The translations under genes and the position numbers were made by a program. Source: Alphaproteobacteria bacterium (GTDB lineage Bacteria; Pseudomonadota; Alphaproteobacteria; GM7ARS4; G965262615). From it: a DNA stretch of 64,000 nt. The notes beneath the pieces were generated by a model. It was not told the origin of the DNA, did not search any database, and saw only the letters and a program-made list of their open reading frames with translations. How positions within the stretch are numbered: the stretch's first letter is position 1; each line of letters starts with the position of its first letter. This document shows positions 42,791 to 51,277 of the stretch, in pieces. Where the stretch lies: the NCBI GenBank assembly GCA_965262615.1, contig OZ253545.1:960001-1024000 (forward strand), read 5' to 3'.

Positions 42791-43501
42791 TTAACGACAC
42801 AGATCTTCCTGTGCTTTTTCCCATGCTTTTGAGTTATTTTTGAGTTCGTCATTGTCTTCCAATAAATCGCAAGGTGTGTCACCACGACTGTTTTTGGCAT
42901 GAATGTCTGCTCCAGCTTTGATGAGCTCTTTGATGACATTCACATCCTCAATGATGATGAATTCATCAGATACAGCATAATGATGTGATACAGCATAATG
43001 ATGTGATGCAGCATAATGAAGTGGTGTTTCCCCACTGTTGTTTTTGGCATTCATGTCTGCTCCTGCCTTGATGAATTCTCTGATGAGATAATCATTGTTA
43101 TTGTCAACATAAATGGGGGGGTAGCTTTCTAAGACAAAGTCCATGTCGAGGTATTTAACAGCAAGATGAAGTGGCGTTTCCCCAATTTTGTTTTTGGCAT
43201 GAATGTCAGCCCCTGCTTTGATGAGTTCTTTGACGACATTGACGATAGCTGGATTGGTTTCGGGTCGGATGCACGCCGTCCCGTCCAAATTTTCCTCGCA
43301 CCAATTTTCATTTCTTGTGGTATCATGAAGTGGTGTGTCACCATCGTTGTTTTTGGCGTTGACATCCGCCCCTGCATCAATGAGCTTTTTGATGGCATAA
43401 GCATCGCCATTTTTTGCAGCCTCGTGAAGCGATGTGTCGCCGCCACTGATGGCGGGTGTGGTGATGGTCAAAGCAAGAGCAATAAAAATCCACCGTTTCA
43501 T
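42791..43501 (-). CDS. Secreted ankyrin-repeat protein ANK7 (236 aa)
   Basis: Signal; repeats sharing loop modules with ANK1 and ANK2; PCDLL..LCR cap. Confidence 0.92.
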   Translation of the reverse strand: MKRWIFIALALTITTPAISGGDTSLHEAAKNGDAYAIKKLIDAGADVNAKNNDGDTPLHDTTRNENWCEENLDGTACIRPETNPAIVNVVKELIKAGADIHAKNKIGETPLHLAVKYLDMDFVLESYPPIYVDNNNDYLIREFIKAGADMNAKNNSGETPLHYAASHHYAVSHHYAVSDEFIIIEDVNVIKELIKAGADIHAKNSRGDTPCDLLEDNDELKNNSKAWEKAQEDLCR

Positions 43502-43504
43502 TTT

Positions 43505-45220
43505 TCACTCTTTCATGTGATGCTTTGAATGGACGGGTTTGATGAGCCAGTTGGAAATGAAGGCGATGGCTAGGAGTGCCGCCATGGCGATCATGGTGCT
43601 GTTATACAAGGTGGGGGAGGGGTCGACGGTGCCATCTTTCGCGATGTCCAGCAGTTTTTGAATGGTGACGGATTTTGTGGCAATCAAACTATCCAGCGCG
43701 CTTTTGTCCGCTCCGAAGGTTTGCTGAAAGGTGCTGGCGGGAATTGATTCGGCTAAATCCCGAATGGCGTCAATGCGGGCGGATTCTCGCAGCTGGGCGA
43801 TTGCCACGGGACCCAAAATGCCCGCGGTGCTCCATGCCGTCAGCAAGCGTCCGTGAATGCCGCCCACATAGCGTGTGCCGAAAATATCCGCGAGATACGC
43901 GGGGATGGTGGCAAAGCCACCGCCGTACATGGTGAAAATAATCATGGTGGCGGCGTAGAACAAAATGAGCCACGAGATATCGGGGTTCGCACTCACCCCC
44001 GCCGCCGCATAAGGTATGGTGAGATACAGCACAACGCCCAAGCCGAAAAAGATGAAGTAGGTGTTTTTTCTGCCAATCACATCGGAAAAGCTCGCCCAGA
44101 AAAACCGCCCCACCATGTTGAACAGGCTGATCATCACCACATAGTTGGCGGCAAAGCCAATGGTGACAATAGCGGGCAACGCGCCGCCGAAGATATCACT
44201 CATCATGGTTTTGGCAACGCCCAGCACACCGATGCCCGCCGTCACATTAAAACACAGCACAATCCAGAGAAAGTAAAACTGCGGCGTTTTCAGGGCTTGG
44301 TCAATATGCACATGGTGCTGACTCATCATTTTTTTGCTGGCGGCATCTTGCGAGGGCGGAGTCCAGCCTTTGGGCTTCCAGTTCTCGGGCGGCACGCGAT
44401 AGGAAAACGCCGCCAGCATCATGACGGTGAAATAAATCACGCCAAGGGTGAAGAAAGTGTGCGCCGCGCCGGTGTCGCCACTGCCCACCAGATAGACTCC
44501 TGTCCGAATGTCGGTCTGCGCCGCCTCACGAGCCGAGATGACCACCACCTCTTGCAACGCCCCGCCCGCCGATTGCAAATAGCGCACGGCATCTATGGTG
44601 ACCAGTGCCAGTTGGTCTGTCATGCCGAGAAATTGCGGCTCTACGGCGTAAGTATCTAATAGGGCTTGCATCATGGGTGCGCCGATCATCGCGCCGCCGC
44701 CAAATCCCATGATTGCCATGCCAGTCGCCATGCCGCGGCGGTCGGGAAACCAGCGGATGAGGGTGCTGACGGGTGAGACATACCCCAGCCCCAGACCAAT
44801 GCCGCCAATCGCGCCGTAGCCCAAATACACCAGCCACAACTGATGGGTGAGAATGCCCACCCCGCCGATGATGAAGCCGCCGCCCCAGCAAAACGCCGCC
44901 ACAACGCCCACCATGCGCGGTCCCACTTCCTCCAGCCACTTGCCCGCAAACGCCGCCGCCAGCCCTAGTGAGACGATGGCGACAGAGAAAATCCACACCA
45001 CATCCGGCAACGCCCAATCGTTCGCCGCCGATGCCACCACGCCAAGCGTTTGCGTCAGCGGCGGATTGAAGATGCTCCACGCATACACCGACCCAATGCA
45101 CAGATGAATCGCAATGGACGCCGGCGGCACCAGCCAACGGTTAAAGTCATCGTGAGCAACAATATGACTTTTGTGAAGTCGTGAGATGAAGGTGTGAATC
45201 AAAGACATGAAGACTTTCAT
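43505..45220 (-). CDS. OFA-family MFS transporter (oxalate/formate antiporter-like)
   Basis: GSVYAWSIF, WFPDRRGMATGMAIMGFGGG, YGGGFATIPAY, IHGRLLTAW. Confidence 0.9.
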   Translation of the reverse strand: MKVFMSLIHTFISRLHKSHIVAHDDFNRWLVPPASIAIHLCIGSVYAWSIFNPPLTQTLGVVASAANDWALPDVVWIFSVAIVSLGLAAAFAGKWLEEVGPRMVGVVAAFCWGGGFIIGGVGILTHQLWLVYLGYGAIGGIGLGLGYVSPVSTLIRWFPDRRGMATGMAIMGFGGGAMIGAPMMQALLDTYAVEPQFLGMTDQLALVTIDAVRYLQSAGGALQEVVVISAREAAQTDIRTGVYLVGSGDTGAAHTFFTLGVIYFTVMMLAAFSYRVPPENWKPKGWTPPSQDAASKKMMSQHHVHIDQALKTPQFYFLWIVLCFNVTAGIGVLGVAKTMMSDIFGGALPAIVTIGFAANYVVMISLFNMVGRFFWASFSDVIGRKNTYFIFFGLGVVLYLTIPYAAAGVSANPDISWLILFYAATMIIFTMYGGGFATIPAYLADIFGTRYVGGIHGRLLTAWSTAGILGPVAIAQLRESARIDAIRDLAESIPASTFQQTFGADKSALDSLIATKSVTIQKLLDIAKDGTVDPSPTLYNSTMIAMAALLAIAFISNWLIKPVHSKHHMKE

Positions 45221-45250
45221 AACACACAATTCCCCGATGTTCAATGAGGG

Positions 45251-45841
45251 GTTATGGCGTGGGTTTTAATAGAGCAATGGCTTCTTGGTCGCTTTTGGGC
45301 ATCAACATCAGCTGTCCGCTTTGGTGAGGGCTACCTTGATGGTTTCATTGTCATTATCTAATCCTTCCGCAACAATATGAAGCGGCGTTTGACAATTGTT
45401 GTCTCTGGCATCCAGATCTCCTCCTGCGCCCCAGAGCTCCCCGACAATCTCAATTGTTTTACTAATATCATCATGCACTTGTGTGTGACTATCGCTACTT
45501 TTGGCATTCAAGTTTGCTTTTTCCTTGAAAAGGTTTCTGATAGAATCAGCGGATTCAATGGCAACATAATGAAGCGGTGTCTGACCATCGCTGTTTTGGG
45601 CATTAACATTTGCCTTTGCTTTGATGAGAGCTCTGATGAGTTCAACACTTCCGCTATAATAGATGGCTTGATGCAACGGTGTTTCGTTTTTTTCTCCAAT
45701 TTGAACATTGACATCAACCTCAGCTGCAATAAATTTTTGCAATTTCTTGAGTGTTATTTCTGCCCAAAAACGCTTGTGCTCCAGCCAATCGCCATCAATG
45801 AAGATTTGCCATTCAGCGAGTAGTTTTTCTTTGTTGTCCAT
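45251..45841 (-). pseudogene. Signal-less ankyrin protein ANK8 with disrupted C-terminus
   Basis: ORF 45308-45841 stops at KADS; the paralog tail EAIALLKPTP-stop lies out of frame at 45251-45283. Confidence 0.7.
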
Positions 45842-45910
45842 AGGTTAAGCCTCTCTCATTGTTTGTGTTGTCTGCCATACCACGCATAGCACCCATGTTT
45901 AAATTAAGGA

Positions 45911-46594
45911 TTATGGCGTGGGTTTCAATAGGGCGATGGCTTCTTCGCCGAACCATCTTTGGTATTTGAACCACCTTTGGTACACGTCATATGGTGTTTT
46001 GCCATCGTTGTTTTTGGCATTGATATCTGCTCCTGCATTGATGAGCTCTTTGATAACTTCAATTTGCTTATTCTTTACTTTCGGGAGAAAAATTCTGCCA
46101 CTGTCTGCAGCTCGATGAAGTGGAGTGTCACCATCATTGTTTTTGGAATTGATATCTACTCCTGCGTTGATGAGTTCCCTGATAACCTCAATGCTATTAT
46201 TACGGATTGCAGCATAATGAAGTGGTGTGTGACCATGTTTGCTTTTGGCATGAATGTCTGCTCCTGCGTTGATGAGTTCTTTGATAACCTCAACGCTTTC
46301 ATTAGCGAGTGCAGCTACATCAAGTGGTGTGGCAGCACTGGGATGATCGGTTTTGGCATTAACATCTGCTCCTGCGTTGATGAGCTCTTTGATGACATGA
46401 GCATTGTCACTGCATGAAGCAGCTAGAATAAGCGGTTGGCTACCGTCTTTGTTTTTGGCATGAACATCAACTCCAGCCTTGATGAATTCTTGCAATCGCT
46501 GGAGTGTTAGTCCCTCCCAAAATCGACTGTGCTCATCCCAATCAGTATGAAGGATGGCTTGCCATTCAGCGAGCAATTTTTCTTTGTCGTCCAT
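45911..46594 (-). CDS. Signal-less ankyrin protein ANK9 (227 aa)
   Basis: MDDKEKLLAEWQ N-cap, 4 repeats, EAIALLKPTP tail. Confidence 0.88.
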   Translation of the reverse strand: MDDKEKLLAEWQAILHTDWDEHSRFWEGLTLQRLQEFIKAGVDVHAKNKDGSQPLILAASCSDNAHVIKELINAGADVNAKTDHPSAATPLDVAALANESVEVIKELINAGADIHAKSKHGHTPLHYAAIRNNSIEVIRELINAGVDINSKNNDGDTPLHRAADSGRIFLPKVKNKQIEVIKELINAGADINAKNNDGKTPYDVYQRWFKYQRWFGEEAIALLKPTP

Positions 46595-46662
46595 TGGTTA
46601 AGCTCCCCTCATTGTTTGTGTTATCCACCGTAACACGCATCGCGCCCATGCTCAATGAAGGA

Positions 46663-47265
46663 TTATTTCAATAGAGCGATTGCTTTTTTGTTGTTTTTGA
46701 GCTTGCTGTTGTGCAATAGATAGTCATACGGTCTTTCACCATCATTATCTTTGGCATTGACATCTGCCCCTTCGTTGATGAGTGCTTTGATAATCTTAAT
46801 GCTTCTATTAAGGAATGCAGCAACATGAAGTGGTGTAGCACCATTTTTGTCTTTGGCATTAATGTTTGCTCCTGCTTTGATGAGTGTTTTGATGACATGA
46901 GCATTATCGCTGTGTGAAGCAACAAAATGAAGGGATGTGCGACCTTTGTAGTCTTTGGCATGAATGTCTGCCCCGAATTTGATGAGTTCTTTGATGATTA
47001 CAACACTTACGCCATGAATGACAGTGTGATGCAGTGGTGTTTCATTGCGTTTATTTTGATATTTGACATCAGCCCCCTCCGCAATGAATTCTCGCGATTG
47101 CTTGAGTGTCAGATTTTTCCAAAAATGCTTGCGCTCCCACCAATCGCCATCAATGGCTTCTTGCCACTCGGATTGAAAAATTGAAGGGCAAATTTTCGTG
47201 GTTGAAAACATGGTTGGAGAAGATGGTTTCAGATTAGGCTTGCCTTCAATTCCATCAATAATCAT
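46663..47265 (-). CDS. Signal-less ankyrin protein ANK10 (200 aa)
   Basis: EWQEAIDGDW cap, 3 repeats, AIALLK tail. Confidence 0.85.
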   Translation of the reverse strand: MIIDGIEGKPNLKPSSPTMFSTTKICPSIFQSEWQEAIDGDWWERKHFWKNLTLKQSREFIAEGADVKYQNKRNETPLHHTVIHGVSVVIIKELIKFGADIHAKDYKGRTSLHFVASHSDNAHVIKTLIKAGANINAKDKNGATPLHVAAFLNRSIKIIKALINEGADVNAKDNDGERPYDYLLHNSKLKNNKKAIALLK

Positions 47266-47464
47266 CGGCTAAAACTCCTCATTGTTTGTATTTGTGTTAT
47301 CAATTTTCACATAGTATAGAAAGGAACGAGGTGCAATTGGCGATGCAATTGTTTTCATAGGTTCAGGCGGGCGGCGTGATGCTCATCGCCTCACGGCGCA
47401 AGGTTTATCAGCTGGGATTCAACAAATCAATTGCGTCTTTCATCCCATGAGGCAAGGACAAGAA

Positions 47465-47869
47465 TCATTTAAGAATTAGTGTCACCAGAATGCCGCCAAG
47501 AAAAACAATCATCCCCACGGCGGCGCGATTGAAGGCATACAACATTTCATTTTTCGCCTTCTCAATCTTGTGATCCATGGCTGCCATGGCTTGCTTGTTT
47601 TCAGCTTGATTTTTGGCGATTTGAGCTTCCAGTTTGGCGATTTGAGTCTCCAACTTGGCGATGTTCTCCTTACTGTCAGCTCTCGCCTCAGCAATTTTAG
47701 TCTCCAACTTGGCGATTCGAGCTTCCAGTTTGGCGATGTCTTCCTTGGTGGCAAAGTTATGGGACTGCTCCTTGAGGGTGGCAACATCCACCTTGAGATT
47801 CACCACATCATCATGCAAGCCATTCGCCTCGCGATGCTTGGGTTTTTTTTGTTCCGTTTCTATAGTCAT
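47465..47869 (-). CDS. CCDC90/DUF1640/Bdr-like coiled-coil protein with C-terminal TM anchor
   Basis: FATKEDI neck, IAKLE heptads, hydrophobic C-terminus; start MTIET by homology and promoter position. Confidence 0.75.
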   Translation of the reverse strand: MTIETEQKKPKHREANGLHDDVVNLKVDVATLKEQSHNFATKEDIAKLEARIAKLETKIAEARADSKENIAKLETQIAKLEAQIAKNQAENKQAMAAMDHKIEKAKNEMLYAFNRAAVGMIVFLGGILVTLILK

Positions 47870-47876
47870 GGTGGTG

Positions 47877-47905
47877 ATGATATGTGCATTGCAAGCGTTT
47901 GTCAA
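47877..47905 (-). promoter_or_regulatory. Sigma70 promoter 7 nt before the ATG (leaderless); second copy at 48575-48603
   Basis: TTGACA-N17-TATCAT-7nt-ATG and TTGACA-N17-TATTCT-7nt-ATG; no SD. Confidence 0.7.
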
Positions 47906-47982
47906 TGCCAAGATGCCTTACGATCATTAGAGATGACCATGAGGCAAGAGAAAACATCACCTAAAGACATCACCTAAAGACA

Positions 47983-48567
47983 TCACCTAAAAAGAAGGGT
48001 CGTCAAAAGCGTTCCCCCAAAAGCCACCATCATGCTCACAAGAACAATAATAACGCGCACAGTCGCACGATTGACGGCATATAACAAATCATTTCTCGCC
48101 TTCTCAATCTTGTTATCCATGGCTGCCATGGCTTGCTTGTTTTCAGCTTGATGTTCAGCGATTTGAGCCTGCAGTTTGGCGATTTTGGTTTCCAGTTTGG
48201 CGTTATTTTCATTATTTTCAGCTCGCGCCTGAGCGATTTGAGCCTGCAGTTTGGCGATTTTGGTTTCCAGTTTGGCGTTATTTTCATTATTTTCAGCTTG
48301 CGCCTGAGCGATTTGCGTCTCCAACTTGGCGATTTTGGTTTCCAGTTTGGCGATGTTTTCATTATTTTCAGCTCGCGCCTGAGCGATTTGAGTCTCCAAC
48401 TTGGCGATGTCTTCCTTCGTGGCAAAATGCCTGCCTTGCTCTTTAAGGGTGGCAACATCCACCTTGAGATTCACCACATCATCATGCAAGCCATTCGCAC
48501 CGACATGCTTGGATGTTTTTTGTGTCTCGCGAGGCTTTGGTGGATCTTGCTGTGTCTGGATTGTCAT
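47983..48567 (-). CDS. CCDC90/DUF1640/Bdr-like coiled-coil protein, longer paralog
   Basis: FATKEDI, three 25-aa (75-bp) repeats, C-terminal TM. Confidence 0.78.
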   Translation of the reverse strand: MTIQTQQDPPKPRETQKTSKHVGANGLHDDVVNLKVDVATLKEQGRHFATKEDIAKLETQIAQARAENNENIAKLETKIAKLETQIAQAQAENNENNAKLETKIAKLQAQIAQARAENNENNAKLETKIAKLQAQIAEHQAENKQAMAAMDNKIEKARNDLLYAVNRATVRVIIVLVSMMVAFGGTLLTTLLFR

Positions 48568-48621
48568 GGTGGTTAGAATATGTGCGTGTCAAGCGTTTGT
48601 CAATGACAAGACGCGTCACGC

Positions 48622-49320
48622 TCATTTGGGATTCAACAAATCAATTGCGTCTTTGTTGTTTTTGAGGGCTGGATTGTGTTGCAGGTTCTCAAAGGGGATG
48701 CATCCGAACACATCCTCGGCTTTGACATCCGCCCCTGCCTTGATGAGTTCCTTGATGACCTCAACGCTTTTATTGGTGGCGGTGGCATTGTGCAGTGGCG
48801 TGATGCCGCTTTTGGCTTTGTCATTGACATCCGCCCCCGCTTTGATGAGTTCCTTGATCACGCGAGGGCTGCTGTTGCTCGCCGCCGCGCCATGAAGGGG
48901 TGTGAAGCCATTGCTGCTTTTGGCATGGATGTCGGCTTTGCCCTTGATGAGCTCTCGGATGACCTCAATGATTTTAGCATTATGATGAAGCGCGGCAGTA
49001 TGAAGTGGCGTTGCGCCATCTTTGTCTTTGGCATGAACATCCGCCCCTTTTTTGATGAGCAATCTGATAATCTCAATGTTGTCATTGCCCTGAGCATGAC
49101 CGAGAACGGCGAAATGAAGAGGCATCTGACCGTTCTTATCCTTGGCATTGACATGAGCACCAGCCGCGATGAATTCTCGCAATTGCTTGAGTGTGAGGTC
49201 TCTCCAAAAAAGATCGCGTTCATCGGAATCATCATCAATCATGGCTTGCCATTTGGCGGCGCCCAGTCTTTTGTTAACGAAGTTTTGTAATTTGGTGAGC
49301 AGTTTTTCTCTGATGCCCAT
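48622..49320 (-). CDS. Signal-less ankyrin protein ANK11 (232 aa)
   Basis: WQAMIDDD cap, 4 repeats, KDAIDLLNPK tail. Confidence 0.88.
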   Translation of the reverse strand: MGIREKLLTKLQNFVNKRLGAAKWQAMIDDDSDERDLFWRDLTLKQLREFIAAGAHVNAKDKNGQMPLHFAVLGHAQGNDNIEIIRLLIKKGADVHAKDKDGATPLHTAALHHNAKIIEVIRELIKGKADIHAKSSNGFTPLHGAAASNSSPRVIKELIKAGADVNDKAKSGITPLHNATATNKSVEVIKELIKAGADVKAEDVFGCIPFENLQHNPALKNNKDAIDLLNPK

Positions 49321-49436
49321 CGTCTAAGCCCTCCCAATTATTAATTATCGTTGGCATGATGCACCATAACACACAATTGAACAAGGGCAAAATTAAAATC
49401 AATTAGAGACTCATACACAATCCGACCCTTGCGTGA

Positions 49437-50780
49437 TCAATCGGTGCAATGGCAGGGGAGATCATCGGTGGCATCGCTGTGTGCTATGTCGGAGGATTTG
49501 TCTTTGATGTGCGTGTAGCTGGAGCCCGAATTCACGCCAAAAAAACCGATGCTCACCTTTTTGCCCCGATTTTCTTGTGAGAAACCATCCGCTTGTCTGC
49601 GGTAACGCTCTTCCATTTGTATCCACCAGTTGATATCGGATGGCGTGCCCGGGATAATGTCAATGCCACTGGATGAATCGTCGTCCAACCGCTTCATGGT
49701 GTTATGGATACCCGCCAGAGCATGAGTGCCTTTCATGAAGCAATACACACAATTGGATAGTTTCAACTCCACAGGAAGTTCTAAATCAAATGCGAAGCTG
49801 TTCCAAAACTCGGTGACTTCTTTTTGATTCACATGGCAATCCACAAGGGGCATATAGACACATTCGTTGGTTTCATTTTCTTCTCGGGAGCGGTGCATGA
49901 TTTTTGCGAAACGGAGCGGCTCGTCCCCTCTGATGCCTAACAGTGAAATATAGCCTACGGCATCATCACCCACCATAGAGGCGATGGCAAACGGTTTTTC
50001 TCGGCGATTGGTGCTTTGCAAAAAGGGCGTGACACCAACGCTGGAAAAATCATCAAACAACTGTGAGGGTCGCCGCAAAGCGCATCGGCGCACATAAGCC
50101 TTTCTTTTGAGAAAGACTTCTTTTGAACTTTTGCCTTTGGCTTTCACATATTGCTCGTATAAATCATCATCGTTGATTTGCTGCTCATCGGCAAAATGAC
50201 CAAACGACGCAGTGGCTTCTTTGTGAGCAAACCATTCGGAAAGAAATGCTTGAGTGGTGAAAATCTTCAGCTGGGATGTGCAAATGCGGATTTGCCGACT
50301 GGGCAGAAAATTGTGATGACTGATTAATTCGTGAAACACCTCGCCACGCCACCTGTATCCATCAGGATTGTCATCACTGTAAGGCTCAGGCTTGACCATC
50401 CTAAAAGAAGAATACCTTTTCCATGTGCCTCTGTAAGCGTCTTCGTAGGTTTGAAATTCAATCCAATAAAAAGGTATTCCATAGGTCTGTTCGCAAATGT
50501 GGGTGCATTGTTTCACGAATTTATAGGTGAGTGGATGCTCGGCGGAGGTGTTATTGAAAATCACGACATCGCCTCTGGCGGCATTGAGTGAGCCACTTTG
50601 CAAAAGAGACATCAAAAGCATCCCACTGGAACGCCCGCCTGAAAATCTGACAATGTGAGGAAAATTCTCGTGGCTTTTATCCGTGTATGCAATGGAAATG
50701 GCTGTCACGATAATTCCTTTGTGAAAATTGATAGAATCTCTGGCGGCAGCAGAATGAAAGGTGGTTGTAATGGGCATCAC
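49437..50780 (-). CDS. PAPS-reductase-like (PP-loop) protein with probable Fe-S cysteines
   Basis: FSGGRSS, NTSAEH, RICTSQLK, GIRGDE, NCVYCFMK, C-terminal PCHCTD. Confidence 0.8.
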   Translation of the reverse strand: MMPITTTFHSAAARDSINFHKGIIVTAISIAYTDKSHENFPHIVRFSGGRSSGMLLMSLLQSGSLNAARGDVVIFNNTSAEHPLTYKFVKQCTHICEQTYGIPFYWIEFQTYEDAYRGTWKRYSSFRMVKPEPYSDDNPDGYRWRGEVFHELISHHNFLPSRQIRICTSQLKIFTTQAFLSEWFAHKEATASFGHFADEQQINDDDLYEQYVKAKGKSSKEVFLKRKAYVRRCALRRPSQLFDDFSSVGVTPFLQSTNRREKPFAIASMVGDDAVGYISLLGIRGDEPLRFAKIMHRSREENETNECVYMPLVDCHVNQKEVTEFWNSFAFDLELPVELKLSNCVYCFMKGTHALAGIHNTMKRLDDDSSSGIDIIPGTPSDINWWIQMEERYRRQADGFSQENRGKKVSIGFFGVNSGSSYTHIKDKSSDIAHSDATDDLPCHCTD

Positions 50781-51277
50781 TTTTTTGCTTCATCACCAAT
50801 AATTTTGATGACTACATTTATTATTATCTTCATGTAAAAAATGTTTAGTGCAGTCATTGCGAAAATGAACGAGCTCGGCAACAATTTCAAATCAATTGTT
50901 ACTTCAATCCAAGGTAAAATAAATGATGGTAAAAAATTAATGCTCAAAACACCGCCACTATCACTTGTTGCCAGCACCATAAAAATGATAACAAAGCTGA
51001 TAGACGATATTAAGCAAGTGTTAATCCGTTCAAGATACTCCTTGAGGATGTATATCCCTCTTATTTTTCTTTTTTCATCAACGAATTTGTACAGCTCTTT
51101 TGTATAGGAAGAACCATGCAATATAGCCAATGATGCTATGTAAAAACCAAAAAAAATGGAAGAAAATGTCACCAAACTCTGTGCTATGGTGTTAGTCATT
51201 TTCCATTTTAGGCAATAAGCAATCAATAAGACGAGGAAGAATATTAACCTAGATGCTATTTTATGTTCTTCACGCAT
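50777..51277 (-). CDS. About 4-TM membrane protein, paralog of 10132-10635
   Basis: AQSLVTFSSIFFGFY; start MREEH overlaps the upstream stop; its stop overlaps the next GTG. Confidence 0.8.
   Translation of the reverse strand: MREEHKIASRLIFFLVLLIAYCLKWKMTNTIAQSLVTFSSIFFGFYIASLAILHGSSYTKELYKFVDEKRKIRGIYILKEYLERINTCLISSISFVIIFMVLATSDSGGVLSINFLPSFILPWIEVTIDLKLLPSSFIFAMTALNIFYMKIIINVVIKIIGDEAKK

Larger units (their letters stand above)
47413..48654. repeat. 28-bp perfect direct repeats (47413-47440 and 48627-48654) flanking two coiled-coil genes
   Basis: tgggattcaacaaatcaattgcgtcttt, the 3' end of ANK11 (KDAIDLLNP). Confidence 0.88.

Noticed and set aside
35940-42800. Integron attC sites between ANK genes
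   Set aside because: No RYYYAAC/GTTRRRY palindromic structure recognised and no intI; the spacers are explained as smpB and MFS tails.
34600-43400. CRISPR-like pattern of repeats with variable spacers
   Set aside because: The 99-102 bp period is in-frame ankyrin coding sequence; no cas genes are present.
34676-47184. Many MKWCF... and MPKTT... ORFs in the ORF track
   Set aside because: Antisense and shifted-frame shadows of the repetitive ankyrin genes.
34542-49320. Diversity-generating retroelement as the source of ANK variation (AAC-rich codons)
   Set aside because: No reverse transcriptase or non-coding template repeat in the window, and substitutions are not confined to adenines (e.g. 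GAT versus TGG or TTT). A trans-acting DGR cannot be formally excluded.
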